The notes below the pieces were generated by a model that was not told the origin of the DNA, made no database searches, and saw only the letters and a program-made list of their open reading frames with translations. Positions 25,008 through 38,981 of a DNA stretch of 64,000 nt are shown piece by piece. Every line of letters starts with the position of its first letter. Position 1 is the stretch's first letter. Source of the DNA: Tubiluchus corallicola (lineage: Eukaryota > Animalia > Priapulida); NCBI GenBank assembly GCA_030141605.1, contig JAQGDQ010000145.1, forward strand, positions 1 to 64,000, in the 5' to 3' direction. The translations under genes were made by a program, and so were the position numbers.

Positions 25008-28000
25008 TTTGCCAAAGATTCGATCTCTTAATGGTTTTCCATTTCGTCTCTCATTTTATTTGATGATAGTGTAGCTATGTCAAGACTACAAAAGCTTAAT
25101 CTGCTGGATGAATTCTAGTCTTGGTGAAAAAAATGGGCTCCAGTATGGTGGTTTGAGCATGGAGCTCGTAGCTCCAGCTTTTTAAAAAGCACCTTATTTT
25201 ACTACTGAACTATATTTAGTTGTTGCCATTGTTTCCAATTTGTCATTTTGCACAAAAGAACCTAATTTCTAGATTAGATGTCGAATGTAGTCGAGTTGAA
25301 TTTAAATGCTGTAGCATTTTTTGACAGATGTCTTTTTCGTCCTCACGGCTTAGTCCATGGGAGCTAGGAATGCAAGTACAAAATCAGTCTAAAGCTCTCT
25401 AGAATCGGTCCAGGGTTCTTATGATTCTAGTGGTACTGATACTGAAATTGTTGCTGCTGTTTATCAAATTGAGGATTTGACCCCCACCCCCCCACCAACT
25501 GTTATTAATCTTCAACATGTCACTTCTCTTTTTATTGTGTGGGTCTTCCTTTTACTTCTCTAATGCCTTATTCGTATTGGTAATGTTTTTATGGAAGCTG
25601 TACTACTATATGGTGGTGCTTAGCAAATTCTGCTGATAAAATTCATTCTGTTATGTGAGTTACATTTAATGGTTTTTTGTTGGTTAGCAAATTGTAATGG
25701 AAACTTTGGCAAATTGCTAGCCTATTATCAACAATTTTAACATCTGCCACGTAACTCTGATATTGTCATTCCTTTGGTGACTGTTAGACATATTGATATA
25801 ATTATTATTATTTCTGACATAAATAACCATAATTTAATAAAAATGAATATAGTGCACATTGTTGTAAAGCCATTTTAGGGCAAACACAAGTTAAATGTTT
25901 TATTATAATTATTACTATTTATAGGATACATCCACTGCCTGTATTTTGGCTGATTTAAGACCGAGTTAATTAGCTTAATATACAAATCTATTATGTATTG
26001 CTAGTCAGGAGGTGCCAGTGAAAGCTGGCTAGAAATAACCAGACCATTTGTGTTAATTATATGTAATATAATTTATTTTATTTGTATGGATTAAACATAA
26101 CAATTTATTACATGTTATTGTCACTTTTGAAAGCCAAAAATAATTTTTCGTTTTTTTAAGTTTATCTATGCTTGTTTTGCGTATACATAAGGATTAGTTA
26201 ACGATTTTTAACACATGATACCAGAATTTTAACAGTTGTAGATAAGTTATCTACTATCTCTTTGCCAACTTTACTTAGCTTAGTCATGTACAAAGATGCA
26301 CTGAAAACAGAATTTATTCAAAAACGATGAAAGTTTAAAATACACAAGTTGAAAACTTTAGTATTCTTATCTAATTCTTGACTTGCTTGTCTTCCTTTGC
26401 AGCATTTTGAATTGCCATGGAAGCTTGGCAATGACAAGCCCATTTACAAACTCAAACTAAATTAGTTGAGTTGTAATATTGGGCTGATTTTCTCTCCTTT
26501 TTACCTTTTTTTCAATATACTAATTTATGGTTCCACATTAATCCATTTGTATTATCAGTTTGTAGATCTATGCTAACATCTGGAATTCTGTGAAAAATCA
26601 TTAGCCACTTTCAACATGCATCTAAAATAGCTATACTTTAATGAACAGGCACAGTTATTTGACATGTTGCTTATAAGCTGAATAATTTATGATAATTCAA
26701 GAACTAAAGCTTTTGTAACCTATTAACCACAGATTATTTACAGCTTTAATTGACTAATCACATCTTTGTATGTCTGTTTGGTTTTAAACAAGCTTAAGTT
26801 GTGCAAGAAGCTTTCTACATGATATAACGTCTTGTATAATATTTGTATTCAAAATTGCAAATCCAATGATTTGCTGATGAACACTTTTAATAAGCTCAAG
26901 CTAGCGAGCATAAATGTGCATTTAAAATGCTAACATGGTTACTTGCAAATTTATTGAAGGACTGCCATGTATTTTCTTGTGTACATTTTACGGAAAACTA
27001 CTTAATTCCTACTTAAAGCCTGTCAAATGGATTTTTGAGACTACAAGCAGAACAAAAGAAAAAAGTACTGTTTCTCACTTCAAGTTTTTATCTAATTCAG
27101 GTTCTAAGCAAATAGTTGTTGAAATGTTAGTTAATCTATCCATTACTATTGAACCTATAAACAAGTATTAAACATATCACCCATAAAACTTAATATGATA
27201 TATGAATCAGTGCCAAAACATAACATTTCTTTATTATTGCCTAGTTTGCTCGATTTGCACAGCAGTGTTTCTGTAAATCTACAATGATTGAACAAATATA
27301 CATGCATGCAGTTATATGGTTTTGATGAGTGAGTATGTGGACTGGGCATAAAGTCATAGTATTTACCCCAAAGACGTATTGTATTGTAATGTATTAGTAA
27401 TAAGTCGGTGGAAGTATGTATCAGTATTAAATGATTGAAAATCTTGTTGCTGAGTGCCAAGAGCTCTTATACTATTTGGAATTTAGGTAAAGGCACTGTT
27501 TTTAATATTTTCAAGCACAATTTCAAGATCATAGTTGGTGTATGAGTGGAACTCTCGTAAAAGTTTTCTTGTTACATAATGGTAATTCCATACATTACTA
27601 ATTTCTAGATATCTTGTTGATTACCTTTCTTGTTCATTGTTCTTCCCAATTATCATCCTGTTCTATTTGTAAAAAATGTATATTTTAATTACCATTTGAT
27701 GTGATAAACAGTTTCTTTGTTCTAGCAACTTTTCTTGCATAATTTTTGTTCTTGTTTCTGCCTAGCACATTTATTCTGTTTGCTCAAACAAAATTTGCCA
27801 AAAAATAGTTCTAATTACTTAACGAAATAAGTTTGATTCTTGTTCTTGCTCATATAGACCTTACACACTGTAAATGTAAATAACTTATATAAATTATTTA
27901 TGTTTGTGTTTATGTCAAATTTACATAATTTAACCGAAATTAATTTGTTTGAAGATTTTTGTTTTTGCTCACTCTGTTTAACGTTTAGGCACAGTTTGCC

Positions 28001-28162
28001 GATATTCATTTTTTAAGTGGTTGTAAATGCAACATCCGACTGTATGACTGTAATTTTACTATCATTAAGTCCTTATCTGTGTTGTGATTGTTAATTGTTA
28101 CGCTTTAAATGTGACAAAAATACAAATTTTTAAAACAATACTATGATATTATCCTCTGGTAT

Positions 28163-28340
28163 ATGCAGACTTTCTGTTATTATAAAAAAAATATCATCGT
28201 TTGAAATAGAAAAATTAAGCTCCCACATCCAATTGCTTTGATATTGCAGACTTTTGATATGCAGACTTTCTGTTATTATAAAAAAATATCATCGTTTGAA
28301 ATAGAAAAATTAAGCTCCCACATCCAATTGCTTTGATATT
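28163..28340 (+). repeat. Near-tandem duplication of ~82 bp
   Basis: atgcagactttctgttattat...caattgctttgatatt occurs at 28163 and 28259. Confidence 0.93.
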
Positions 28341-29372
28341 TCAGTACAGACTAGGTATGATGTTTAACTGGATACTTGGCCATTTATAAATCTGATTCTT
28401 AATTAATGTCTTCAGTTTTTGGACAGCAGTTTTTTTAAACCATTTCATCCTCAAAAAATCTGATTCTCAAGTTAAAACCTGACAAAATAGCCCATTTCCT
28501 ATTTCAAATTCAAGCCTCCAATTCAAAATGCTTCATGGCTAAGCAGCCACTACTGTACGTCATCAGGTTTTCTGACTTAACAGGCATCCTCTTATGGACA
28601 TTCCAAAAACTAACTGCTTTTAACTGACTGTCACCTAACTGTTCCACTAAAATAAATAAGCAGCAACAGGGTACTCTACAAAAATTTAATAACATCCCTC
28701 AGCAAGTTATGCAACCCAATCAATTAGTAATCGTATTTACAGTCATGTTAATTGCACCACATTGAATGCAGGTGTTGATACAAGTTTAGTTCACTGTTGA
28801 CTACAATGACAGTAACACTATGGTTCAGTACCTAGGAGGGTGCACAGAGCTAATTTTCTTACGATAAAGATTACTCATATATAATGGCTGCTAGCTGATT
28901 GCAAATGCACGGTCTGCACAAAGTTTGTTAAAACACGTTAATCAACATTAGTAGAGAAAATTTAACATACTGTGCAATGAAACTCGTAGTATGGTAACTG
29001 CTCACGATGCTTAACCCTTTAGCAACAGCATGTTTGCCATTAGTATAGCAAAACTCCCTTGTTTCTTTTCTCGTTACAATGAAAGCTTTTGTTAAGTTTT
29101 TACTGTCTACGGTAACAGCTATAGATTTATACATAATATATTTAAGTTTTTGCTGTTTAATGCAATGTCTAATGCCTAACAGCTGAGGCTGAATATTGTC
29201 ATACCATTAACAGTAAAAATATAAACATCAAGTGGGTTTAAAACACTCAAGGCTACAAATAAGCTTAAAGACAAATTTACAATACAAAATACAATTCACA
29301 TAGCCTTTATTATTTACAAAATAATTAAATGAATGCACTTTTCTACATTTGGATCAACAGTTTAGTCATAAA

Positions 29373-30593
29373 TATAGGTGCACCGAAGACACATTTTCAT
29401 CAATCGTACGAAAGCAGATTTTTTATGCTTTAGTGGTACTAAGCCAAAGCTTAATCGAATGATCGGCGGTGCTGCCAAACCGAATTCCAAATAAAATATA
29501 AAATTAAATTGGAATACCAGATCAAAGCTGAACCTAGTTTTTTTTACTGAAACTGAACCGAGCCTTCTTGTAATTCCAATTAAAAAGAATTATGAACTCT
29601 ATAATGGTCTATCTTTTTAAGTTAATGGTGAATGGTGAGCTGTGTAAAATTGTTCTGGTTGCTAAATCTGTTTGTATTTAATGGTTAATGTTATGTAGTA
29701 AAGTATTAAGTATTTTAAAAGTAGCCTTGACTCTTTCAAAAGCTCTTCAAACTAATTGAGAAAAACCGTATTTAAGCAAAACTGCTATAGTACAATTGTT
29801 TACTACCTGGATTTCTCATTGATTTATTTTGTTGTGCATAATCCATAGTATCAGCAAATACAGCACCGCTATGCTATTGCGCATCGACACAACTTGTGTA
29901 TCAATGGTGTATCACAGTTTTCGAGTTATCATGCAGAACCAGAAAGCAAAATATCGGCTGTTGTACCATGATTGCTACTTATTATTGGCTTTTTGCAGAT
30001 AAACTTTCATAAGCATTACAGGGAAATGCTTATATCGGTCAAGTGACCCAACGGCCATGTGTAGAGGAGTAAACCTTCCAAATCAGGAGTGGAGCCCCGA
30101 AGGCGGACCAGTGCAGCATGCTCACTGACTCCGGCAGCTCTTGCAGCCAACCTGGTGCCAAATGTATCGCTCCGCCTTCCTTTGGACTACACCAGAGAGG
30201 AAGAGAGGGGGTTCCTGCTGTCTGGGCAACTCATGATCTCCATACACCTTGCCCAGGCATGCGCCATGGAGAGGCCACTCCAGTGGTTCAAGGATCGGAT
30301 TGCTCAGCCACAGTTGATGCTGCAGCTCCATCAATGTGAACAATAACTGACTCTCTTGGCGCACACTCCATTGTCTTCCGACACAGAAGGATGCCAACAA
30401 CAACAACAGGGAAATATTCGGTTTGTTTAATGTAATTTTTGCCGAATGTGACAATTATTAAAAAAGTAAGTTCGCTATACTGAAGATTCGCTGAACCTTT
30501 AGTGATTACACCCAAAGTTTACCGGACTGGATTATTATACTGATACTGATATTCCAAGAATATATTGATAATCCGAATATTCGGTGCACCCTA
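29373..30593. mobile_element. Non-autonomous hAT-like DNA transposon
   Basis: Imperfect TIRs tataggtgcaccgaa / ttcggtgcacccta, an 8-bp direct flanking repeat gtcataaa (29365-29372 and 30594-30601), and subterminal ccgaa/ttcgg motifs. Confidence 0.75.
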
Positions 30594-31343
30594 GTCATAA
30601 AACTAATTTTCAAGAAAGTATTCTCAAGTTATTGCTGCTCTTGACTACATTTTTAGTACAAAACATGAATGAAAATGCACAGATTAACAAGTCCTCTACG
30701 CAAGATTAAACTGTTTCCTATAATAGGAAGAGAAGAACAGAACATGCATAAGAGAAGCTTAAGGTCATGTAAATTAGTTTATACTTCACCAGCCTCATAC
30801 TGCACAGACATTTTATCTGATGTTATAGACTAGATAAAATAGCTTTAAGAACTCGTACAGAATTTATTTTCACGTGATCTAAAACTTCACACACAAACAA
30901 CATGATTTAATCAAGAAATAAATTGAATTTGAATACTTAATAATGATTTCTCAAAAATTCTGTTAACATGGGCTGAATAAACTGTGTTTCATGTATTTAC
31001 AATTACAAATATATGTATGTATATAATAGCAAATTATGTAGGTTATTTTAAGAGAATTTTTACTGTAACTAAAATTAAAACTGTTGTAATTAAGAACAGC
31101 AAAAGGGAAGGTAAATAACTCAATTATTAGTTATACATTGTAAAGCAATAGTTATTAATTACGTTTACAGTTACAAAGTGACTAGCATTTTGAACTGTGC
31201 AAGAGCTAGCCAAGTTGTAATAACTCTAAAACACTGATATGCTGGTTTTAAAATCGTTCGACTTTTTTCTGCTGTATAAAATTGATGCACAGTCATTGGA
31301 GATTATTGGATTTTGCAAATATGGCAAATTTTGTGCTCTGCAA

Positions 31344-34300
31344 CTACCACATATATTCAATCTCATCATTACTAAATATAATAAAATAAACTAGGATCGA
31401 TATAAATACAACAATATTACCCGCAGACACGAATGCACATGCTTTCCACTGAATCTGAAAATAAAAAGAATTAACAATATTATGTTTACAATAATGTATG
31501 AATGGATCTGAAGTTGAGTCAGTTGCTACTACATCAGCTGACTCACACAGTAAATCAGCTAGCTCGGCTGAGTTTGACTGACTTTTCAGCTGAGTTGGTT
31601 TAAAGAAAAAAATCTAAGTCAGCTAAGTCAGCTAAACTTGCGAATTTTTTTAGCTAAATGAATGATAAATAGTTAGTTAACTGTTAATTATGGAGACAAA
31701 TTTTTTAGATAATTTGTGTAGCTTATAGATAGAAAAAAGCTGATATACAAACTCAAATAATGCATTAAAGATCAATTTTTTATTATTATAAAAAAGCAAT
31801 GGGTTCATTGCAAATAAAACTTAAATTCAACTTTTGGCGAGGTTTATCTTGATCACCAAATTGATCCCATACGTGTGACTTATGCTGCCTATTTGTGTAT
31901 CTATTTTTGAATTCAGACCAGCTTTCTCATTAAAAAATTTCTGAAGTTTACTATCTCTGCCATCAAACACACAATCTGACCGCAAATCTGCGATTTGCCA
32001 TATTTCAACCAGTGATTTACAGTACCACGTGATTATCACAAGAGCAAAAATCTTCACAGTCAGCAAAAATGTCGGCTAGCTTGACTCCTATCACTGAGAG
32101 GCTTGTGTGGCTCACGGCTCATTGTATGAACTTCTTAAATTACTATAATTATATAGTATTTCCTCGCTTAACGATGCTAATGCGTTCCAGCAAAATGCAA
32201 CGTTATGTGAAACGTCATTAAACAAAGCCAAGACTTCCACAGAAAGTAATGTAAAAAAATTAGGCTACGTTCCAAAGGCAAAAATCAATGCTGCTTAACT
32301 CATACAAATTAAACATTTTACATGAATTTGACTCTACTGACTAATTTCTTTCTGCTTGCTTGAAACGTAAAACCACCTATATATCTTACTTACCTAGCTA
32401 ACATTTTCTCTTTAGTTGATGTTTAAGTCTAGGCAGCGGTTAAACAAAAAACACTGCAGCAGTTTCAAACCCAAGCTCTGGGGTAACCTTGGGAATTTTA
32501 TCTAGAAATTTAGTCTGGTTGCTATAACAACAGGTCTCAGGCAAAATTCCTTTGCATAAAGTTTACTCCCATGTCTCGCTTGATATAAACGGCTAGCATT
32601 TAGTAGACAGTCGGAAAGCAAAAATGTATATACTTGTATAATAATTGCAGTGTTTACATTACTAGTGCATTTTTAGAACAGAATATTGCAATACGTACTG
32701 TTTTAAGGCATCAAATTAAGTAAAAAAGTTTTATTGCTAAATAAAAATTGGCTTTGAGCAAAGCAAGAAAATCGTCGTTAAGTGAAAAAAGGTGTCAAAT
32801 GTTCAGCATCGTTAAAATGAAATGGGGAGTCATTAAGCGAAGACTTGCTGTATGCAGGTATACTAGTCAATCACTGAAGCTTAATCTAAACAATCAAAAA
32901 TCCTATTTCACCAGGTGAAGTACTCACAAAACACCCACTTTTATAACAGGAAACCAAAACAGATATGCAGACTGTGATTGGCTGATAGACTACAGACACC
33001 CAACAGTAAAAACTAAACATTTCGTTTCACTGCACTTCATATTATTGGTTACCTTACTGTTCTGATATTAAAGGGGAAGAAAAGCCAATCTTAAAGTACG
33101 TCCCAAAAAACTTTCCACACAAAGTTATATTACTTATAGGCTTACCTGCTTGAAAGACTTACATAACTAAAAAAGAAAATTGTGTGTAATTTAAAATATA
33201 AATTCTCTGATTATTTTTTCAAACTTCATGCAGTGTCATCTAAACTTGTTTCAAAAGTCCTACCGTCACAGTGGCTGCTCCTAACGGTCATCACACGAGT
33301 TGAAATTTTCAAATTTTATACAGCATTAATACAAGCTCTGAGCAAAACAAGGCAATATGTAGACCTGTGATACAAAATTTCAAGACTTGAGAAAGTAAAC
33401 AATTTTCTTGTGCTTTAAAATGAAGTTGACAAAGTAAAGCTTTTATTAAGCTATTAAATGAATCTATCAAATTGAATTTATCTCTACGGAAAGAAACTTT
33501 TGCAAACTCAAATGTATAAATTTAACTACCTTAACTCTCACTATTGTCAGCCATCAAATAACTACATAATTAAAAAATAAAACAATGGCTTACAACTGGT
33601 GAGTCAACTCTTGGTGACCGTGCAAGGATAATTGGCAACGCAAATGCAGATATCACTATTCCAGTTGTTATAAATAGAGCTACTTCGATAAGTAAACTGC
33701 TTGCTGCCATCTCGTCAGCATAGCGTTTTGCAATCACCATTGGTATTGGAGCCAACACGTAGAAAAACAAAACAAATAACGGCCACCAGTTTCTATAAGG
33801 AACAAAAGTGAATGAAAATGACACAAGGCCTATTATATGTAAGTCGATTCTAGACCATGCCACCGACATGCTCTGCTCGTGCATTGCACAAAATATTTCT
33901 CATTGGAATTATATAGTACAAGTTACCTGAACATGATTAAGAACTTTTCAGATAAATGAAGATGCTTTGAAACTGTTCAAAACAGTTTTTTCCCCCAGAC
34001 CTGTTATTTCATCCTTTATCTGCACACAAATTTTCTAGCTAAAAATGATGTTTCAAAGTTTGAAATGGCAAGCTCATTTTTGGATGCTATCCTTAACATA
34101 ACATGTTTAGCATTTTACAAAACACAGAGAAATTCCTATTTTGGTAAACGTTTTCTGAACTTTATTTTTTACGTTTCACCTGAAGAGGACGTACACAGTG
34201 TGCTTGAACATTTCGTTTTTCAGTTTTTTGCAAGAACTTTTTTTACTAATTTTTCTAATTTGGCCAAAAAGTAAATACTTCTGTGTGTGCTAAATTAACA

Positions 34301-36059
34301 TCGCCAATATTCTTCAAAATCGTATTGTAAGACTTGTGATGCACATAAGCCCGAGCTCTATGAAACACCAATCATTCTTATACTTCAGAAAATATGCTAC
34401 ACCAAGAATTTCTTCCATTTTACTACCTTTCAAATATAAAGCTGAGCAATAAGGCCAACAACACTACCACAACGGCAACAATGCCAACACAACTATCAAT
34501 ACTATTGCCACCATCAACAATTAATGCAGAGCACTTGTAAAAAACATCAGAAGGTTTATTGCAAACATTTGCAGTAAAAATGTGTACCACAAGACTGTTG
34601 ACAAATTTAAAAAAAGCAAAATAAGCCAAATAACAATACTCACAAATTAGGGAGAGCACAGCCCAGAACAACAAATGTAAGGCCTATAGATCCTGTAAAT
34701 GCTAAAGCTACCAACCTAAAACAGTCAAGATTCATTGTTTTATTTTGTCTGTACATAAAATATTATAATAATACTAAGTAAATTTTGTACAAAAATTCAA
34801 ATAAAGTCAGTAGATAATAAAGTATTAGAGCAGTAATAATAATAATAATAACATAGTGTCGTAATTAATGTAAAAAAACAACTCACGCTGTATAACATGA
34901 TGTTCATCAATCAGTCCAACAGATCCATCGACAAGATGAAAAACATGAAAATAAAAAATGACATCATCAAACTACTACTCATTATTATCAGACAATGACT
35001 TGAACATCAAAGGTGCTGATGGCAACTCTACATATATACAGTAGGCGCCGCTTAATAGACTCACTATGGGACCAAGGTGTTTTGACCCAATTAACCGACT
35101 GAACCTATGGGTGTAGTATTACAGGAATAAGTATGAGTCACCAGCTTACTATGCACTACAAAGGTTTTTAATGGATTTTAGAAATGAAATAATACTTAAT
35201 TTCCTTTATGCAGTTAAAAATTAGAAAAAATATTTTAAAATACTAATTTATATTAAGTGAATTGGCAATAAATTAAAAAGTACATTTTCTAAATCACAGA
35301 CTTTTCTAAGTCTGTTTATTTGCAAAAATTACAAAAATTGCTTCGAAGTCAGCTCTTTCATTTTCTCGCGAAGAAGTTGGCCCACAAAGTTCTCATAATT
35401 ATAAAAATGTTGAAAATCTGTCGTTGTGTGTGACTAAAACAGTTCTGAATCGTCTGCTCACTTACATTGCCATTATTTGCTGTACGATGTTTACTCTTGT
35501 AAGTCACAAGGAATACGGCCTGATTATAATACCTGCATCTTTGACTGTTAACTCATTAAGCCTGAAAGCGTGATTTGCAACGAGAGCATCAAAAGGAAAC
35601 CGCTAGGCAAGTGAATAAATGTTTAGCTTCCAGAAATTCTTTGGGTAACAGTGGGCGAGCGGGTAACAGATTCAAAACCTCTACGTTCGTGTATTAGTGC
35701 ATGATAAACGTAGCTGCTTATAAACAAAACGGTACTTAACATGATTGTTTCTGCATACATAGTGCACAAAAGGGAAGTAAAGATGACATAAAAGTAGGAA
35801 AGGCTCTTTAAGTAGGTGAAAGAAAAATATTGAGTCAATTACGCGGAGTTATTTGAGTCAATTACAGATAGTTTTTGTGTACATTTGAATAGAAGCAGCC
35901 CGTTCCAGGCGGTTTTGAGTCAATTAAGCGATTGAGTCTTTTACCGTGAGTCTATTAAGCGGCGCCTACTGTAAATAAAATCGTTAGGCTAGTATAGTGG
36001 TAATACTAAAGTAAAGTAATAATTTTCATCAAAACAACTCAACCTTTAATTCCTGCCAT
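31344..36059 (-). CDS. LEPROT: Vps55 / leptin receptor overlapping transcript family protein (LEPROT/LEPROTL1, endospanin)
   Basis: Exons 36059-36044 (MAGIK+g), 34887 (1 nt, inferred), 34715-34644 ([23 protein letters not shown]), 33792-33594 ([17 protein letters not shown]...[19 protein letters not shown]...) and 31454-31344 ([13 protein letters not shown]...EYMW*). Matches the four-TM Vps55 family pattern. Confidence 0.93.
32154..32850. mobile_element. Decayed pogo/Tigger-like non-autonomous element
   Basis: Degenerate TIRs tagtatttcctcgcttaacg / cattaagcgaagacttgctg flanked by TA, with internal cgttaa-type subterminal motifs. Confidence 0.5.
35039..35971. mobile_element. Tc1/mariner-superfamily (pogo/Tigger-like) MITE, 933 bp, in the first coding intron of LEPROT
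   Basis: Perfect 26-bp TIR cagtaggcgccgcttaatagactcac / gtgagtctattaagcggcgcctactg, TA on both sides, and subterminal gagtcaatta repeats. Confidence 0.9.
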
Positions 36060-36335
36060 TTTCAGTATCAAGACTTGAACTTAATGATTCTCTGACTTCT
36101 GTTAACCAGCTTCAACAGTAATCACATTTATATTGTCATAATGCTGATTGTTTACTTGGTGATTGATATTTGAAGCAAAAAATTCATTTCAGAGTTTACA
36201 GTTTTCACATGATCAACGCCATGTTAAAAACAAAAAAAAATTCTTGGTCGCGAAACGCACCCAATATTTCAGCTTAATGCGGTTTATTTACCACCATTTT
36301 TGCCTACAAAAAATTTCATTCTGCAAATTAAGGTA

Positions 36336-38981
36336 TCATTGTCAAACAGAAATTTATATCCAGATTTCAAGAATTGACTGAAAGGATTTGTATGATTAAA
36401 GTAAAGGTCGATAACAAGCAATATTCCCTTATATCTGCCTATGCATCTACTCTACCTGTAAGTGAGAAAAATCCTGTGGTACGCGAAAAGTTCTACAGCG
36501 ACTTAGATCGTGATTTTCTAATAGTAGCAGGTGATTTTAATGCAAAAACAGGTTCAGGGTACAACTATTATCCTGATAATATTGGCAAATTTGGGAAAGG
36601 TGACCTAAAAAGCAATGGAGAATATCTTTTAGATCTAGCACATCTAAATGAATTGATACTTATTAACACAACTTTCGATCATAAGATGGCTCATAAAGCT
36701 ACATGGGAAGCTCCAGATAGAAAAAATAAGTAAAAACCTTTTAGGAACCAGATTGATTATGTTATCATTAAGCAGAAACACGGGATAAGTGTAAATGATG
36801 CAAGATCATACAGTGACATTGAAACTTTCTCAGACCACAGACTAGTAATTGCAAAGTTAATGTAAAGAGGAACTTGGCATCCCTGGCAAAGAACAATATA
36901 TCTAGGCAATTTCAGTGTGACAAATCAAAACATCAAGACATTGAAATTACATATGAAGAGAAAGTTGAGCATCATTTCGAAGAAATTACACAAGCCAATG
37001 TTCAAGAGCAATGGGATAACATTGTTAATACGTGCACACAGGCATCAAACGAAGTTTTGGGTCACTCTACAAACAGAGCAAAGAAGATTTTTGCTAACAA
37101 ACAAGTTGACAAATTATCAGCTGAACAGAAAGAAATTGGGCTGAAGCACAATACAGAAATTCCAAAAGCTTAAAGAGTTTACAGATGTGGTCCACCAGGT
37201 TAAAAAAGAAAAGTTATTGGAAGATATTGCAGAAACTGAAAACAGCAAAGATCACTCTAGTAGGATGTATAAGGCAGTCCCAAAAATCCATAGAAGTAAG
37301 CCAAAGGCAGGATATTAGTTGAAACTGATGATTACTGCCAATGAACTAGAAGCATCAGAAATTATAACTACATTTTTTGAAAGGGCTTATAACAACTATA
37401 ATGCAAAAAATATCCCTGAGATTAAACCAATAGCAATCGGATCACCTTTTGTTCCTGAAGACGTTTCAAGGCAATAAAATTTTTAAAGAATGGAAAAGCC
37501 CACATATAGAATATCTTGTAGCAGAACAGCTAAAGCATGGGCCAAAGATCATTAGCACTGGAATATAAAATTTACTAAACACTACTGCGTAAACAGGAAA
37601 CTATGCAAAAGAAGTTAAGCAGAGGATATTAGTGCCTATTCCAAAGCCTAAAAAGAAGAAAAAACCAGTAAAAATTTAAGACCAATTATACTGCTGTTAA
37701 GGAAAATCTTGGCCTTATGCATGATCACACGCATACATGACAGATTAAATGGCAACATTCCACAAAGTCAAGCTGCATATAGGGAGGGACGTAGCACTAC
37801 TGAACTAGTAATGTCAGCAAAAATACTAGCAGAAAAAGCAGTCGCATTCAATTCTTATCAAATCACGATTTTGTTACTTGATATGAGCAAGGCATTTGAT
37901 ACAGAGAAATTCTCTTCGATGATCTACAAACTGCACTACAACCAGACGAACTGCATCTTATCACAATTCTACTAAATTATGTTAAACTTACTGTAAAAAT
38001 TGGGAACACTTTAGGAAGAACTTTTAGCAAGAATATTGGGGTCCCCCAGGGGGACTGTCTTAGTCCATTACTTTTCACTCTCTACCTAGCAGATGCACTT
38101 AAGATCCACACTCCTCCAAATGATGATCATGATTACGGTACCACTGTCTGATAACCTTCCTCAACATATTCTGGATTACTCTTATCCTGCTTTGGAATCC
38201 TATGAACCATTTCTCATTGATCAACAATACGCAGACGATGTTGGATGGATTAGTGTATCAAATTTTCAAACTAACACAATAAAAAGGGATTTTCCAAAAA
38301 AAACTAGAGAAAAGAAATCTTCAAGTAAACCAGTCAAGAACAGAAGAATATATATTAAGAGATGGTAATCAGTCTTGGAAAAAGTGCAAGTACATGGGCA
38401 CTTTTCCAAGCACCGAAGATGATATTAAAAGCAGAAACCAACAAGCAATGCAAGCTTTTCTTTAGCACAAGAATGTATTAACTAGCAAGCAATTGTCTTA
38501 ATGTATCACTTCGATTATTACGTTACCAGCATATTTATGTACAACAGTGAAACTTGGGGTTTAACGATTACTCAAGAAAAGCAGATTGACACATTTCATA
38601 GAAGTCTTCTTAGGAAAGTTTTAAATACATAATCATACATAATCAAAAATGAAGATTTATACATCAGAACAAAATAGATTTATTGGAGTTAAAAGTCAAG
38701 ATCAGAAGATTAAGGTAGCTAGGACATCTTCTAAGATTACCAAATGAAGCACCAGTAAGAATTGTCTAAAGGAAGCCTTAAAACCTTGCAAAAACCACCT
38801 GGTAAACCTAAAACAACTTGGATAGCTAAGATAAATAAAGATGTTCAACAACTTCAACCAAATCTGTCTTTAGGAGTAGAAGAACTTACGCTGTTAGCTG
38901 CAGATAGAAGAGGGTGGAATACTCTGATAAATGTTGATACCTCAGTGCCTACAATAGGTGGAATGAGATCTTGAAGAAGAA
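36336..38981 (+). mobile_element. 5'-truncated, frameshifted non-LTR retrotransposon (RTE-like LINE, APE endonuclease plus RT)
   Basis: Fragments with AGDFNAKTG, NQIDYV and SDHRLV (endonuclease) and LLDMSKAFD, GVPQGDCLSP and QYADD (RT), with many stops. (GAA)n 3' tail; 11-bp target-site duplication aaattaaggta at 36325-36335 and 38982-38992. Confidence 0.92.

Noticed and set aside
33793-34643. Additional microexon in LEPROT (the protein is one residue shorter than vertebrate homologues at PN-L-NWWP); cag|aa|gtattt near 34279 and ttcag|gtaact near 33926
   Set aside because: Direct splicing is already in frame, and the candidates are 2 nt and 0 nt with weak donors.
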